DNA of 64,000 bases from an uncultured Spirochaetota bacterium (GTDB lineage Bacteria; Spirochaetota; Brevinematia; Brevinematales; JAOACQ01). The DNA lies in NCBI GenBank assembly GCA_963783575.1, contig CAWAOD010000009.1:480001-544000 (forward strand). The letters run 5' to 3'. The position numbers and the translations under genes are program-made. Shown here piece by piece: positions 31,179 through 41,897 of the stretch. How positions within the stretch are numbered: the stretch's first letter is position 1; each line of letters begins with the position of its first letter. The notes below the pieces were generated by a model. It ran no database searches, was not told the origin of the DNA, and was given only the letters and a program-made list of their open reading frames with translations.

Positions 31179-31517
31179 ATGGTGGATGTAACAAAAAAGG
31201 GTGATGTAGTTTTACTGAAAGTGTCAGGCAGGCTGGAGATAAACCAGGCTCTTGAACTGGAAGAAATTATAAATAATCATATAAATAACGGCAGTAAATA
31301 TTTTGTATTCGATCTGGGCGACGTACATTACCTGAGCAGCAGCGGGATACGTGTTTTTATAGCTACATTAAGGCAGTTGAAGGATTTAAAAGGGAGAATG
31401 ATTCTAAGTAATTTAAGTTCGAATGTTATTAAAACCCTGAAGATCGTGGAACTTGACGGTCTTTTTGAAATTATCAACAATGCCGATGATGCAGTGAAGG
31501 TAATGAAGCCCGAATGA
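31179..31517 (+). CDS. STAS-domain anti-sigma factor antagonist
   Basis: FDLGDVHYLSSSGIRV; RBS AGGAG before ATG 31179. Confidence 0.88.
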   Translation: MVDVTKKGDVVLLKVSGRLEINQALELEEIINNHINNGSKYFVFDLGDVHYLSSSGIRVFIATLRQLKDLKGRMILSNLSSNVIKTLKIVELDGLFEIINNADDAVKVMKPE

Positions 31518-31927
31518 GTTATCGTTTTCTGATGGCGCTCACCGGTTTAATAATCGTAGTGGGTTCCGGATCGATGTGGCTGTATTATAATATTTTATTA
31601 AAAAAGAAGTTACTGCAAAACCTTCTTTCCCTGCCTAAGGGAAGAAGGTTTTTTTGGTATAGGCTCAGAAAAAGCGGTTTTGAAGTAATTTCGCAAAATC
31701 TCTTCAAAAAATATTCTCTTTGCGTGGGCGGAGTAGTAAAAAGCTATTCACTTAAAGCGGATTTTCTTGTAAAAAGAAAAGGTAAAAGATATATTGGACT
31801 TTATGCCGGCGAACTTGAAGAAAAAGAGTTTCTTATGCTTTTTTTTTCTTACAGCAGGGTTTTCCATACCCATGGCGTTATTTTTTACAATGATATTTTA
31901 AGAAAATTTATTCTTTGGGAAGTCTGA
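31514..31927 (+). CDS. Hypothetical protein with N-terminal TM helix
   Basis: Overlaps the upstream stop and abuts dxr; N-terminal hydrophobic segment. Confidence 0.6.
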   Translation: MSYRFLMALTGLIIVVGSGSMWLYYNILLKKKLLQNLLSLPKGRRFFWYRLRKSGFEVISQNLFKKYSLCVGGVVKSYSLKADFLVKRKGKRYIGLYAGELEEKEFLMLFFSYSRVFHTHGVIFYNDILRKFILWEV

Positions 31928-31928
31928 T

Positions 31929-33065
31929 ATGCAGAATATTGCCCTTCTTGGAGCGACAGGTTCTGTAGGAAAATCTGTTCTTGATGTTATAAGGAATTAC
32001 AAAGAGGATTTTAATTTAATAGGTGTCAGCAGCTATAGAAATCAAGCCAGGCTTGAGAAAATAATTTCTGAATTTCAACCCCGGTATGTCTGTCTTAAAA
32101 AAGAGGATTATGATTTTATGAAAAAATTCCCCGGTATTGAATTCTTTCATGGGGAAAGTGGTTTGTCCGAATTAGCCTCACTTCCGGGCGCAGATACCAT
32201 CATAATAGCTGTTTCTGGCATAGCTGGCCTCTACCCGACTATATCGGCGATAAAAAGCAAAAAAAGAATTCTATCGGCAAATAAGGAATCGATTGTTGCA
32301 GCAGGCGAGATAATAAACAGGCTTTTATCCGAAAATCAAGCTTCCATAATTCCGATCGACAGCGAACATAATGCGATATTTAACATTTTCAGCAGGATGC
32401 AGAAAAATTTTGTAAAAAACATTATTCTTACCGCTTCGGGAGGGCCATTTTTAAACAGGGAAATTACAAAAGATGTTAAAGTTGAAGATGTTTTAGATCA
32501 TCCAACCTGGGAAATGGGCAGCTGCATAACGGTAAACAGTGCGACTATGATGAATAAAGGCTTTGAAGTTATTGAAGCCCACCATCTCTTCCATCTGGAT
32601 TATAAACAGATAAAGGTACTTATCCATCCCCAGTCGCTGGCTCATGGAATTGTTGAGACTATTGACGGGACTTATTTTATTGCCGCATCCCCAAGTGATA
32701 TGCGTTACCCCATAGCGCTTTCATTATTTTATCCGGAAATTCCTTCTCAAAAGTTTCCGCCGCTGGATTTAACAAATAAGCCTTTTGAATTTTTTGAACC
32801 CGATTATAAGAAGTTTCCATTATTGAAACTTGCATATGAGGCCGGCAGGGAAGGAGGGCTTTTACCGGCTGTTTTAAATGCGGCAAACGAAGTTGTGGTG
32901 GATGCGTTTTTGGATAATAGGGCGGATTTCTATTCATTAGCATCAATTATTCAAAAAATAGTTGAAATGTTTATTAACCGACCGGCATTAACGCTAACTA
33001 TAGAGGAAATACTGGAAGCAGACCGTCTTGCCAGATCAAATGCGCTGAGCTTATTAGCCCGCTAA
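31929..33065 (+). CDS. dxr: 1-deoxy-D-xylulose-5-phosphate reductoisomerase
   Basis: LGATGSVG, ANKESIV, PIDSEHNAI, LTASGGPF, HPTWEMG, SATMMNKGFE, NAANE. Confidence 0.96.
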   Translation: MQNIALLGATGSVGKSVLDVIRNYKEDFNLIGVSSYRNQARLEKIISEFQPRYVCLKKEDYDFMKKFPGIEFFHGESGLSELASLPGADTIIIAVSGIAGLYPTISAIKSKKRILSANKESIVAAGEIINRLLSENQASIIPIDSEHNAIFNIFSRMQKNFVKNIILTASGGPFLNREITKDVKVEDVLDHPTWEMGSCITVNSATMMNKGFEVIEAHHLFHLDYKQIKVLIHPQSLAHGIVETIDGTYFIAASPSDMRYPIALSLFYPEIPSQKFPPLDLTNKPFEFFEPDYKKFPLLKLAYEAGREGGLLPAVLNAANEVVVDAFLDNRADFYSLASIIQKIVEMFINRPALTLTIEEILEADRLARSNALSLLAR

Positions 33066-33098
33066 TTTTGATAATTTTCTTCCTTTAATATAAAATGA

Positions 33099-33878
33099 AT
33101 GGGTTATTTGGTTTATAGGAGACTTATTATGATTCCAGTCTCAGTTAAATTCCTTGGCATTAAAATAACATCAATGACCAGAGATGAATTAAAGGAATTT
33201 CTAATTCAAACAATTTACGATAAAGAAAGGTTCAGAGTACTTTTTATTGATGAAAGAAAGATGTTTGTAAGCATATTCAATAAAGAGTTTCAAAATATCA
33301 TTAATAATAGTGAAATTGTGCTTTGTTCATCACAAACTGTAGCCTGGATGATAAAAGTTCTGACCGGGAAAGTCATCCCGATAATTATGCCGGTAACAAT
33401 ATTCCTTGATTTTATGAGGGCCTCGGATGAAATGAATTATACGGTATTTTTATTCGGAGGGAATAAATCAACATCTTTAGAAACGATTAAAAGAATAAGA
33501 AAATCATTTTCTCAGGCAAGGATCGTGGGAAATTACCGTTCCAACATTAAAAACAAAGAACTGGAAGACGTTCTTACAACAATCCGAAAGAGTTCTCCCC
33601 AGATATTTTTTGCAAGTTATGGCGGTGGTTATAAACAGGAAAAATGGCTTACCGGCAATGCAGGTTATTTTCAAAATTCCATCGTAGTTGGTCTGGACAG
33701 CGCGTTTCATATTATAGCAGGCAAACAAAAAATGCCTCCATTATGGTTCCAAAAAAAGGGCTGGAACGGATTCTTTTTATTTTTAACGCGTCCTTATAAT
33801 GTTTTAAGATTATTCCGGTTAACCGTATTATTCTTTATTACTATTTATAAAAAAATATTTTCAAAAAAGCAGGAATAA
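33099..33878 (+). CDS. WecB/TagA/CpsF family glycosyltransferase-like protein
   Basis: VFLFGG, IVG, KQEKW, P.WFQKKG; overall length; divergent. Confidence 0.72.
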   Translation: MGYLVYRRLIMIPVSVKFLGIKITSMTRDELKEFLIQTIYDKERFRVLFIDERKMFVSIFNKEFQNIINNSEIVLCSSQTVAWMIKVLTGKVIPIIMPVTIFLDFMRASDEMNYTVFLFGGNKSTSLETIKRIRKSFSQARIVGNYRSNIKNKELEDVLTTIRKSSPQIFFASYGGGYKQEKWLTGNAGYFQNSIVVGLDSAFHIIAGKQKMPPLWFQKKGWNGFFLFLTRPYNVLRLFRLTVLFFITIYKKIFSKKQE

Positions 33879-33882
33879 GTTA

Positions 33883-34932
33883 ATGAACCCAGTAATCAAA
33901 CCTGTATTTCTTCATGATGACAGGCTATATATAATAGATCAGAGACTTCTTCCTAATGAAGAAAAAATAATTGAACTTAGAAATGAGGATGAAGTTTATA
34001 GCGCGATCAAAACCCTCTCTGTAAGAGGTGCCCCGGCAATCGGAATTGCTGCGGCATATGGAGTTTATATTTCACTTAAGAATAAGAGTATTTCTAATAA
34101 AACAGTGTTTATAGAAAAGGCCATAGAGATCATCGAGCGAATTTCACTTAGCCGTCCAACGGCATTTAATCTTTTTTATGCAATGGACAGGATGAAAAAG
34201 TTATTAAATCCCTATATGACCAATACTGAAATTCTCAGTATGATTAAAGCGGAGGCTGAGGCGATCCATAATGAGGATATTGAAAAATCGATAAAAATCG
34301 CGGATTTCGGGTTAAGCGTGATCCCGGATAAAGCAAGGATCATCAGCCACTGTAATGCGGGCGGGCTTGCGACTGGCGGCCTTGGAACATCGCTTGCCGT
34401 AATTTACAGGGCTTTTCAGGAAAAAAAAGATATATTCGTTTATGTTGATGAAACAAGGCCTTTACTCCAGGGGTCAAGACTAACCGCCTGGGAATTAAGC
34501 AAAGCCGGTATAAAATATAAGATTATTTCCGACAGTATGGCAGGCTTATTAATGCAAAAAAATCTTGTTGATCTGGTGCTGGTCGGAGCCGACAGAATTG
34601 CCGCAAACGGTGATTTTGCAAATAAGATAGGTACTTATCCCCTGGCTGTACTTGCTCATTATCATGGAATTCCATTCTATACTGCTGCCCCGGTTTCAAC
34701 ATTCGATTTTACAATAAATTGCGGAAATGAAATACCCATAGAAGAAAGGGATAAAGATGAATTATTGAGCTTTAATGGCGTAAGAATAGCCCCAATTGAT
34801 GCGGATGCTTATAATCCGGCATTTGACGTGACTCCCGGAAGCCTTGTTACAGGAATAATTACTGAATTTGGGGTCATTTACCCGCCATTAAAATCAAATT
34901 TAATGAAAATTTCCGGGTTAACCCGAAAATGA
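33883..34932 (+). CDS. mtnA: S-methyl-5-thioribose-1-phosphate isomerase
   Basis: VRGAPAIG, SRPTA, HCNAGGLAT, DETRPLLQGSRLTAWEL, GADRIAANGD, NPAFDVTP. Confidence 0.95.
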   Translation: MNPVIKPVFLHDDRLYIIDQRLLPNEEKIIELRNEDEVYSAIKTLSVRGAPAIGIAAAYGVYISLKNKSISNKTVFIEKAIEIIERISLSRPTAFNLFYAMDRMKKLLNPYMTNTEILSMIKAEAEAIHNEDIEKSIKIADFGLSVIPDKARIISHCNAGGLATGGLGTSLAVIYRAFQEKKDIFVYVDETRPLLQGSRLTAWELSKAGIKYKIISDSMAGLLMQKNLVDLVLVGADRIAANGDFANKIGTYPLAVLAHYHGIPFYTAAPVSTFDFTINCGNEIPIEERDKDELLSFNGVRIAPIDADAYNPAFDVTPGSLVTGIITEFGVIYPPLKSNLMKISGLTRK

Positions 34933-34952
34933 TATGATAAAAGGATAAAACC

Positions 34953-36104
34953 ATGTTCGGTATGAAAAAAAAATTGGATCTTGGTATTTTAATCGGAGAA
35001 AACAGGCATAATTATTTATCTTTTGACGAATATACGGAACATTTTCTTCTGCCGTTCTCACCGCGTTTTACAAATATAGATTTTGCCGTAAGTTCCCTAT
35101 CATCAATCGACATAAAAAATATTGTAATTCTGGCAAAGCGGGATAAAGATATCATACTTAATTATGTTGTAAAAGGCTGGCCGTCGATCAATTTTTTTGT
35201 CTTCGATTATATTGATATAAAAGAAAAATTTCTTCAGTTTGTATCGGAATATACTCAGGAACATTCCCTTGAACTAATAGTTATTATGAAAGGAAACTTC
35301 CCGGTCTGGTTTGATATGAAGTTTTTAAAAGAAGTGATGGAGAAGTCTGAAAATATTGCGATTAGAACCAAATATGAGAAGGAATATGTATTTTCCGGTA
35401 TTGTTGTTGAAAAGAATATCTTTATTAAAAAATATGAAAATCTTATTTTTGATGAATCAAATCTGGATGTTGACATTATACAAAAAATCACCGATGAATT
35501 CAAAATGCATACTATTGATGCCAGTGGATATATTATGCCTTTCAGAAGTTTAAAAGAATACTACAATATTCATATCGACATGCTTGATGATTACCTTGTA
35601 TTTGACCGTTTTAATGCTTATGTTCCGATCAGAGGCGATCTTGCAATGAATATAACGTCAAACCTGGGCCGCGGTTCACATATCATTAATTCAATAATGG
35701 GTGAAAATGTTGAGATTTCAGGTAAAATTGAGAATTCAGTCATTTTCTCAAATGTAAAAGTCGGCCGAAATGCTTATATAAAAAATTCTCTTATATTTCC
35801 GGGGAACCATATCGGGAGCAATGTACAGATTATTAATTCAATTATTGACGAATTCTCTGAAGATAATACTCTTCCTAATATTGAGCCGTATTCGGTAATC
35901 GGGAATGATAAACCTTCAGGAATAAATGAAAAATTCCCCGATATTCTTAATTTTGGAGTTACCCTTATCGGTAAAGACGCCAGACTTCCCGCCAGCACAA
36001 AAATAGGGGCAAATTGCTACCTCGACAGTTTTATTCCGGCATCGGTAATCAGGGAAAATAAAAAAATTAATGATGGAGTATCAATATTAAGGGAAAATCC
36101 TTAA
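34953..36104 (+). CDS. GlgC/GlgD-like sugar-phosphate nucleotidyltransferase homolog (degenerate)
   Basis: LLPF..RF..IDF..S and C-terminal left-handed beta-helix (GKIENSVIFSNVKVG); GGxGxRL motif absent. Confidence 0.65.
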   Translation: MFGMKKKLDLGILIGENRHNYLSFDEYTEHFLLPFSPRFTNIDFAVSSLSSIDIKNIVILAKRDKDIILNYVVKGWPSINFFVFDYIDIKEKFLQFVSEYTQEHSLELIVIMKGNFPVWFDMKFLKEVMEKSENIAIRTKYEKEYVFSGIVVEKNIFIKKYENLIFDESNLDVDIIQKITDEFKMHTIDASGYIMPFRSLKEYYNIHIDMLDDYLVFDRFNAYVPIRGDLAMNITSNLGRGSHIINSIMGENVEISGKIENSVIFSNVKVGRNAYIKNSLIFPGNHIGSNVQIINSIIDEFSEDNTLPNIEPYSVIGNDKPSGINEKFPDILNFGVTLIGKDARLPASTKIGANCYLDSFIPASVIRENKKINDGVSILRENP

Positions 36105-36276
36105 TCTATTGAATATATATTTCTAATAAGTTGCCCATCGTCCCCGCCTTTCAAAAAATTATGACAATTCGAAATAAACCATTCTTAAATTAACATTCAA
36201 TATAAAATAGTTGTTGGCATTTGACAATAATTATTTTTTCATTTATAATTGGCATATGCTAAAATAGGAGAATGGA

Positions 36277-38048
36277 ATGGGGCTGATCAAAAAGCAGAAT
36301 GAATTGTGGTTTTTGAAGATCTTTATAATGATGTGACTTATGGTTTTAAGGTTTCAAAAGTATTGGTTCCCGAGGCCAATACCGGCATTCAAAAAATTAT
36401 GATTCTGGATACCGAAAGGCTGGGCCGCGTTCTTATTCTGGATGGTATAGTCCAGCTTACTGAGGAGGACGAGGGAATTTATCATGAATGGATTACTCAC
36501 TGGCCGCTGTTTTCACTGGACAAGACTGGCAAGAACGTGCTGATAATCGGAGGCGGGGACGGCGGTGTCGCCCGTGAAGTTCTGCGGCACAGGTCGGTCA
36601 AAAATTTAACAATGGTTGAAATTGACAGAATGGTTGTGGATAAATGCAGGGAATACTTGCACTCTTTATCGGAAGGCGTCTGGGATGATCCGCGTTTTAA
36701 ACTTCTGATTGGCGACGGCGCTGAAGCTTTACGGTCTCTAAAAGATAAATTTGATGTGATTATTATAGACTCTATCGATCCTATAGGACCTGCCAAAAGT
36801 TTCTTCAGTACCGAATTTTATCAAAGCGTTTATGATTCTCTCAAAGACGGTGGTATAGCGGTTCATCAAACCGGTTCTTTGATTTTACAGCCTTCCGAAT
36901 GTCCTGGAAGCTGGCGTCAGATAGAACGTTCTTTTGATGATATCCTCGTCATGCAATTCAGCAATGTAAGTTATATGGGCGGCCCTTTCAGCCTGACAGC
37001 CGGTTCAAAAGGCAGGAATGTTTTTCAAAAAGCTGTACAAAACTCGAAAAAAGTCTATAAAAAATCAGGCATAAAATGCAGCTGGTATTCTCCAAATATT
37101 CCAGCGATTGTTTACCCTGAGTTTCAGAAACGTATGGAACAGGATAAATACGGTGAAGAAGTTATTATGGATATAGAATTGAGAAATAATAAAATCCCGC
37201 CGGTGGAAAAAGTTACCGAATGGAGCAGACAAACTTGTGAAGCCATTAATATGAGGGCATTCGGTACACCATTAGTATCTAAACAAGAATTCGGTGAAGG
37301 TGATACTCTGGTACAGTACGTTGAGACCAGCGCCATTAATTACCGGCAGTATGGTTCAAACGGATGCGCTTATCTGCCTGTGAATGATGCCGTTAAATAT
37401 TCGCTTGGTTATTTCGGGGCCATTAAAGGGGCTTTTTGGCATATTCCCAGGGGTTCATTTGCAGGACTAAGCGAGATCCGTAAACACAGTCTTATTTATA
37501 TGGCAGAGTTATCACAGAACGGGAATAATCTGAAACACACTGATAAAATATACAGGGCAAAACTCATTAATTGTATGGAAGTGCTAACGGGAAATTTCAA
37601 ACTTTCTGTAGAAGAGGGTTTTTCGCCTGCTTTTGAATTGATTATTGATCTTTATAACTGCGATTATAGAACTATTTCTTCCTCAACAGCAGTAGCCAAA
37701 TGGGCTTCGCTCGATCTATGTAAGGCAGCCGGGCTGAAACCGTTAGGAAAAGCGGACGCCCCTGATTTCGGCCATGCCAAGAAAAAAACCTCCGGGCCTT
37801 CTGTTACCCAGTTTCTGAAACACGGCTCCAATATCAGTCATTATTCAGAAAACTGGCTTATGATCCTAATTAACATTGTTTCTGCCAAACCGTTTTCCAT
37901 CCGCGAAGTCCTTGCTTCGGCCTTTAAGTATTTTAAGGGTGAAAGGGCTGTGTGCTGGCTTTTGCCCCGTGGATGCGGCGGCAAAAATCTTAAGCGGATC
38001 GCCGAAAAGACATTGATTTTTGAGGTAATGAAAAAAGACCTGGAGTAA
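36277..38048 (+). CDS. speE: Spermidine synthase fused to two AdoMet-decarboxylase-like domains; likely start 36277 with a -1 slip in the T-run at 36310-36314
   Basis: LDGIVQ, YHE, VLIIGGGDGG, VEID, IIIDSIDP; C-terminal YGEEVIMD..VQYVETS..PRG and FELIIDLYNCD..GPSVTQF..SHY..PRG. Confidence 0.85.
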
Positions 38049-38083
38049 CCCGGTCAAATTACCCCCTTTTAAGGAGGTTTAAA

Positions 38084-38353
38084 GTGCCTGCAACAAACGC
38101 TTTTATCAGGTTTATAGGTTTCATAAAAGGTTTTCTATACGAAATAGTAGGCTTTGATACAGCCAATTTTGCACTGACAACCAGAAGAAAAATGGAACAT
38201 ATGCTCATGCTTGTAACCATAGGCGATTTGCTCGGCATACCGATCATGCCGTCATATTATAGTATTCGCTTTCTGCCTTATTTTGTTTCTCAAATATCCG
38301 CCTGGAAAAAAAGCATGTTGCGTGAAAGGGATTTTATTGACTCTTTATTTTGA
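38084..38353 (+). CDS. Conserved small hypothetical protein (resembles CstA/ArsA-associated small proteins)
   Basis: GDLLGIPIMPSYYSIRFLPY..WKKSMLRERD; RBS AAGGAGG. Confidence 0.55.
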   Translation: MPATNAFIRFIGFIKGFLYEIVGFDTANFALTTRRKMEHMLMLVTIGDLLGIPIMPSYYSIRFLPYFVSQISAWKKSMLRERDFIDSLF

Positions 38354-38416
38354 TATTCACTTTGATAAAAACAATGTTTTTTTATAGCTAAGCATATACA
38401 GATATTTGGAGGATAT

Positions 38417-38881
38417 ATGCCGCGTCCCATGAAATGCAGAAAAATCGACTTCAGCCCGACAACCCTTTTTTTTAAGCCCGCTGGCATTCCTTTAAGAGAA
38501 TTGGAAATAATCACCTTAACTCTGGATGAACTTGAAGCAGTTCGTCTTGCTGATTTCCAATGTTTATATCAGGAGGAAGCTGCTCAAAAAATGAATATCT
38601 CAAGACAAACATTTGGAAATATTATATCATCAGCAAGAAGTAAAATTGCGGATGCGCTTATTAATGGGAAAGCCATAAAAATTGAAGGAGGTTTTGTTGA
38701 TATAGTTGAAAGAAAATTTATTTGTTATGACTGCAAACATGAATGGACTTTACCCTTTGGAACAGGTCATCCAGCCAAATGTCCCGAGTGTCAAGGCGTT
38801 AATGTACACCGTAATCCTGAAGATCGTGGGCAATCTCATCATGGCAGAGGTTGCAGACATCAAAATAATGGAAATCAATAA
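38417..38881 (+). CDS. DUF134 HTH protein with C-terminal zinc ribbon
   Basis: MPRP.K.R, DELEAVRLAD, QEEAAQKMNISRQTF, KAIKIEGG; CYDC and CPEC. Confidence 0.88.
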   Translation: MPRPMKCRKIDFSPTTLFFKPAGIPLRELEIITLTLDELEAVRLADFQCLYQEEAAQKMNISRQTFGNIISSARSKIADALINGKAIKIEGGFVDIVERKFICYDCKHEWTLPFGTGHPAKCPECQGVNVHRNPEDRGQSHHGRGCRHQNNGNQ

Positions 38882-38894
38882 ATAGAAGAAATTT

Positions 38895-39251
38895 ATGGAA
38901 ATCATAGGCTTTAGTATTCTTGGAGCTATTAACGGCACTTTGAGCGGCTTTTTAGGAATAGGCGGTGCAATGATTATTATACCTGTTTTAGTTTATATTT
39001 TTGGTTTCGATCAGAAAACGGCACAGTGTACAACTCTTTTACTGATGCTTCCGCCCATTGGCCTTTTTGCGGCGCTTGAATATCATAAAGCAGGTTTTAC
39101 CAATATTAAAGCAGGAATTTTTATTGCTATATTTTTCATAATTGGAAGTTGGATTTCCAGTAAATTTGCGGTCAAATTGAATCCCGATATTATCAGAAAA
39201 ATATTTGCCTGTTCTTTAATGCTAATATCGATCAGAATGTTTTTTAAATAA
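38895..39251 (+). CDS. TauE/SafE (TSUP) family membrane protein, half-size
   Basis: GTLSGFLGIGGAMIIIP, DQKTAQCTTL. Confidence 0.82.
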   Translation: MEIIGFSILGAINGTLSGFLGIGGAMIIIPVLVYIFGFDQKTAQCTTLLLMLPPIGLFAALEYHKAGFTNIKAGIFIAIFFIIGSWISSKFAVKLNPDIIRKIFACSLMLISIRMFFK

Positions 39252-39265
39252 ATATTTTTGGAGGA

Positions 39266-39640
39266 ATGTATATGATTTTAGCTATCCCAACGGAAAACAT
39301 GAGCGGAGATCTTTCTGTTGTTTATGGACACTTTGGTAGCGCACCCTTTTATGCTTTTTACAATTCATCTAATGAAAAATTAGATTTTGTTGACAACGGC
39401 AATAAAGAGCATGAGCATGGCCAGTGCCAGCCGGTAGATGAATTGATGGAAAAGAAGGTTGAAGCAGTTATTTGCAATGGAATGGGACTTCGTGCTATCA
39501 ATAATCTTAATTCACTTAGCATCAAAGTTTATTTTGCCGACAATGCCCTTAATGTTGGTGAAATTGTAACGATGTTTAAAAATGGTGAATTAAAAGAGCT
39601 TCTTTCCGCTAATGCTTGCCAGCACCATAATTGCCATTGA
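39266..39640 (+). CDS. NifB/NifX family (FeMo-cofactor-binding fold) protein
   Basis: LAIP, HFGSAPFY, VICNGMG.RA, His/Cys tail. Confidence 0.85.
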   Translation: MYMILAIPTENMSGDLSVVYGHFGSAPFYAFYNSSNEKLDFVDNGNKEHEHGQCQPVDELMEKKVEAVICNGMGLRAINNLNSLSIKVYFADNALNVGEIVTMFKNGELKELLSANACQHHNCH

Positions 39641-39729
39641 TTAGTCTATTCAACCAATTTCCCCATAGTCAGCACAAGGATAGCATTACCCATGTTTCTT
39701 CCCTGTGCTGATATTTTAGAGGTAAATTT

Positions 39730-40140
39730 ATGGTAAATATTACAAAAATCCGGGCGCGTTATGAAGAAAACGACCAAATGGGATTTATCCATCATTCAAA
39801 ACACATAGTCTGGATGGAACTTGCAAGAATGAATTTATTTCGTGAATGTGGCGTAAGTTGTCGTGAGCTTGAAACAAACGGTATTCTTTTACCTGTTACT
39901 CAAGTTATTACAAAATATGCTTCTCCGGCTTACTTTGATAATGAAGTTTATATTCATGCGGCTTTTACAAAAATCTCTCATGCTAAATTCGTGTAGATTA
40001 TTTAATTTTCAGGAATGAAAAAGAACGGCTTTGTTATGGTTATACCGAACATTGTTTTTTAACTAAAGAAACAAAAAAAACGATATGTTCCAGAGCAGGT
40101 TTATAATAAGCTTAAATTATCAAAAACGGCAGCATATTGG
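39730..40140 (+). pseudogene. 4HBT/YbgC-type acyl-CoA thioesterase, frameshifted near 39993
   Basis: RYEENDQMGFIHHS, ELAR, YASPAYFD; continuation DYLIF..LCYGYTEHCF in another frame; end approximate. Confidence 0.78.
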
Positions 40141-40198
40141 AAAACCAGCAAAGTGGTCTGAAAAAGTTCCTAAACTAAAATATTTAATGGAGAACATT

Positions 40199-40967
40199 AT
40201 GCCCTATTTGCAATTTTATAATAAAAAAATATTTTATAACATTACAGGAAAAGGTTCTCCGTTGCTTTTGCTTCATAATGGGTTTTACAGCACCGCAACT
40301 TGGGATGGTATAAGAGAACAGTTCGCAAAGCACTTTATGGTGATTGATTATGACCGTTATGGATATGGCAAGTCAAGGTTTTCCGGCGAAACTACCGATA
40401 CTGGTACACATGCTGACATTGTTGAAGCAGGAGTACTAGAATTATCAGAGGTTATCAAGGCTTTAAATTTGGATACTGTGAAAATAGTGGGACATTGTAT
40501 TGGTGGGGCCATCTCTTTTTTATATGCAGTTCGAAATCCTGGTAAGGTCAAAAAATTAGTACCCGTATCTGTTGGGTATTATGGTGATGAAACGTCCATA
40601 TTAAAAACCGGACTTACCTTTAGATCATTTGATGATCTCAATCCAATCGTAAAATCCCTTGTTATATCAGGCTCATGGTGACAAAAATTATGCAGAGGAA
40701 TTTTTTAATAAAATACGCCATTCAAAGAATAGTTATATCATGTCGGAAACATATGATATTCGAGAAGAAATAAAACAAATTGATTGTCCTGTTTTCATTG
40801 TTAACGGGGATAGGGATTATTATTTTAATGTCTTTCAACCTCTTGAAATTTATGAAATGTTAAAAAGAAAGGCAAAATTGTGGATTGCGCCTGGAGTTGG
40901 GCATGATGTGCATTTGGAATCCCCCAATTATTTTGTTTCCTATCTTCTTGATTTTCTAAAGGATTAG
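40199..40967 (+). pseudogene. Alpha/beta hydrolase split by a frameshift near 40660
   Basis: GKGSPLLLLH, YDRYGYGKS and GHCIGG in the first ORF; CPVFIVNGDRD and GVGHDVH in the second. Confidence 0.8.
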
Positions 40968-41036
40968 ATATAAAAACATATGATCCATTTACTGTTTTTC
41001 ATAAAATATTCGGAATATTAATTCTAGGAGAAAGTT

Positions 41037-41681
41037 ATGACTGACTGGAACGATTTATTTAAAAATCAAGACTTGGTTATTAATGAGCCTAATGTAAAAC
41101 TGGTAGAATACTTTGAAACAATAAAAAAAATAGATTTCCCACAAAATATTATTGATCTTGGTTGTGGAACTGGCAGACACTCTGTTTGTTTCGCCGAAAA
41201 AGGTTATAAAGTCCATGCTGTTGATTCATCTGTAAATGCGCTTGAAATTTTAAAACAAAACATTAAACCTAATTATGATATTCAGATTTCACAATTAGAT
41301 TTACAAGACCTTTCCACCATTCAAGAAAAGTTTGATTTTGCTGTATGTATAAATGTTTTAAGTCACGGCAAATATAATGAAATTGAAAAAATGTTTTATG
41401 AAATCGAGCGAATAATTAAAAATAATGGAATACTTTTTTTGATAATAACTCCTGTTGAATTTTATAAATATGTAGCTGGACCAGATACTATAGAGGTTGA
41501 AAAAAACTCTTTTTTACATATTAATGCTCCAGACGGCGATATAATTCACCATTTTTTTACTGAAGAAGAAGTCAGACATTTATTAAGAAATTATCAGGAT
41601 GTATCAGTTAAAAATATTATGGAATACAGCCCTTGGCAAAAAAAGGAAGTTGAACATTTTTTGGTAATCGCAAAAAAATAA
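41037..41681 (+). CDS. Class I SAM-dependent methyltransferase
   Basis: IDLGCGTGRH, AVDSS, FDFAV, IKNNG. Confidence 0.88.
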   Translation: MTDWNDLFKNQDLVINEPNVKLVEYFETIKKIDFPQNIIDLGCGTGRHSVCFAEKGYKVHAVDSSVNALEILKQNIKPNYDIQISQLDLQDLSTIQEKFDFAVCINVLSHGKYNEIEKMFYEIERIIKNNGILFLIITPVEFYKYVAGPDTIEVEKNSFLHINAPDGDIIHHFFTEEEVRHLLRNYQDVSVKNIMEYSPWQKKEVEHFLVIAKK

Positions 41682-41878
41682 ACGAAATTAAACGGGTGCT
41701 AAAAAAAGATGGAATGCTTTTTATAGTTAATGGATACCCTAAAGTGGGGACAAAATGGTATGATATTGTGAAATTTAAGAATGACAATGAATACAGGTCT
41801 TTTTTAACAAAATGCGGTTTCAGGGAAATTATCATAGATATTGAAAAAAATACAATAATGATAAGAGCATTTAAGTGA
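41680..41878 (+). pseudogene. C-terminal fragment of a class I methyltransferase
   Basis: NEIKRVLKKDGMLFIV...LTKCGF with no motif I. Confidence 0.55.
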
Positions 41879-41897
41879 TTTCCCATAAGGTGGTTTT

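Noticed and set aside
39266..39640. Nitrogen fixation inferred from the NifB/NifX-like gene
   Set aside because: This family is widespread in non-diazotrophs and no nifHDK genes are present in the window
39669..39712. Hairpin TCAGCACAAGGA/TCCCTGTGCTGA as a riboswitch or ncRNA
   Set aside because: A single stem with a long loop; at most a terminator, with no family motif recognised
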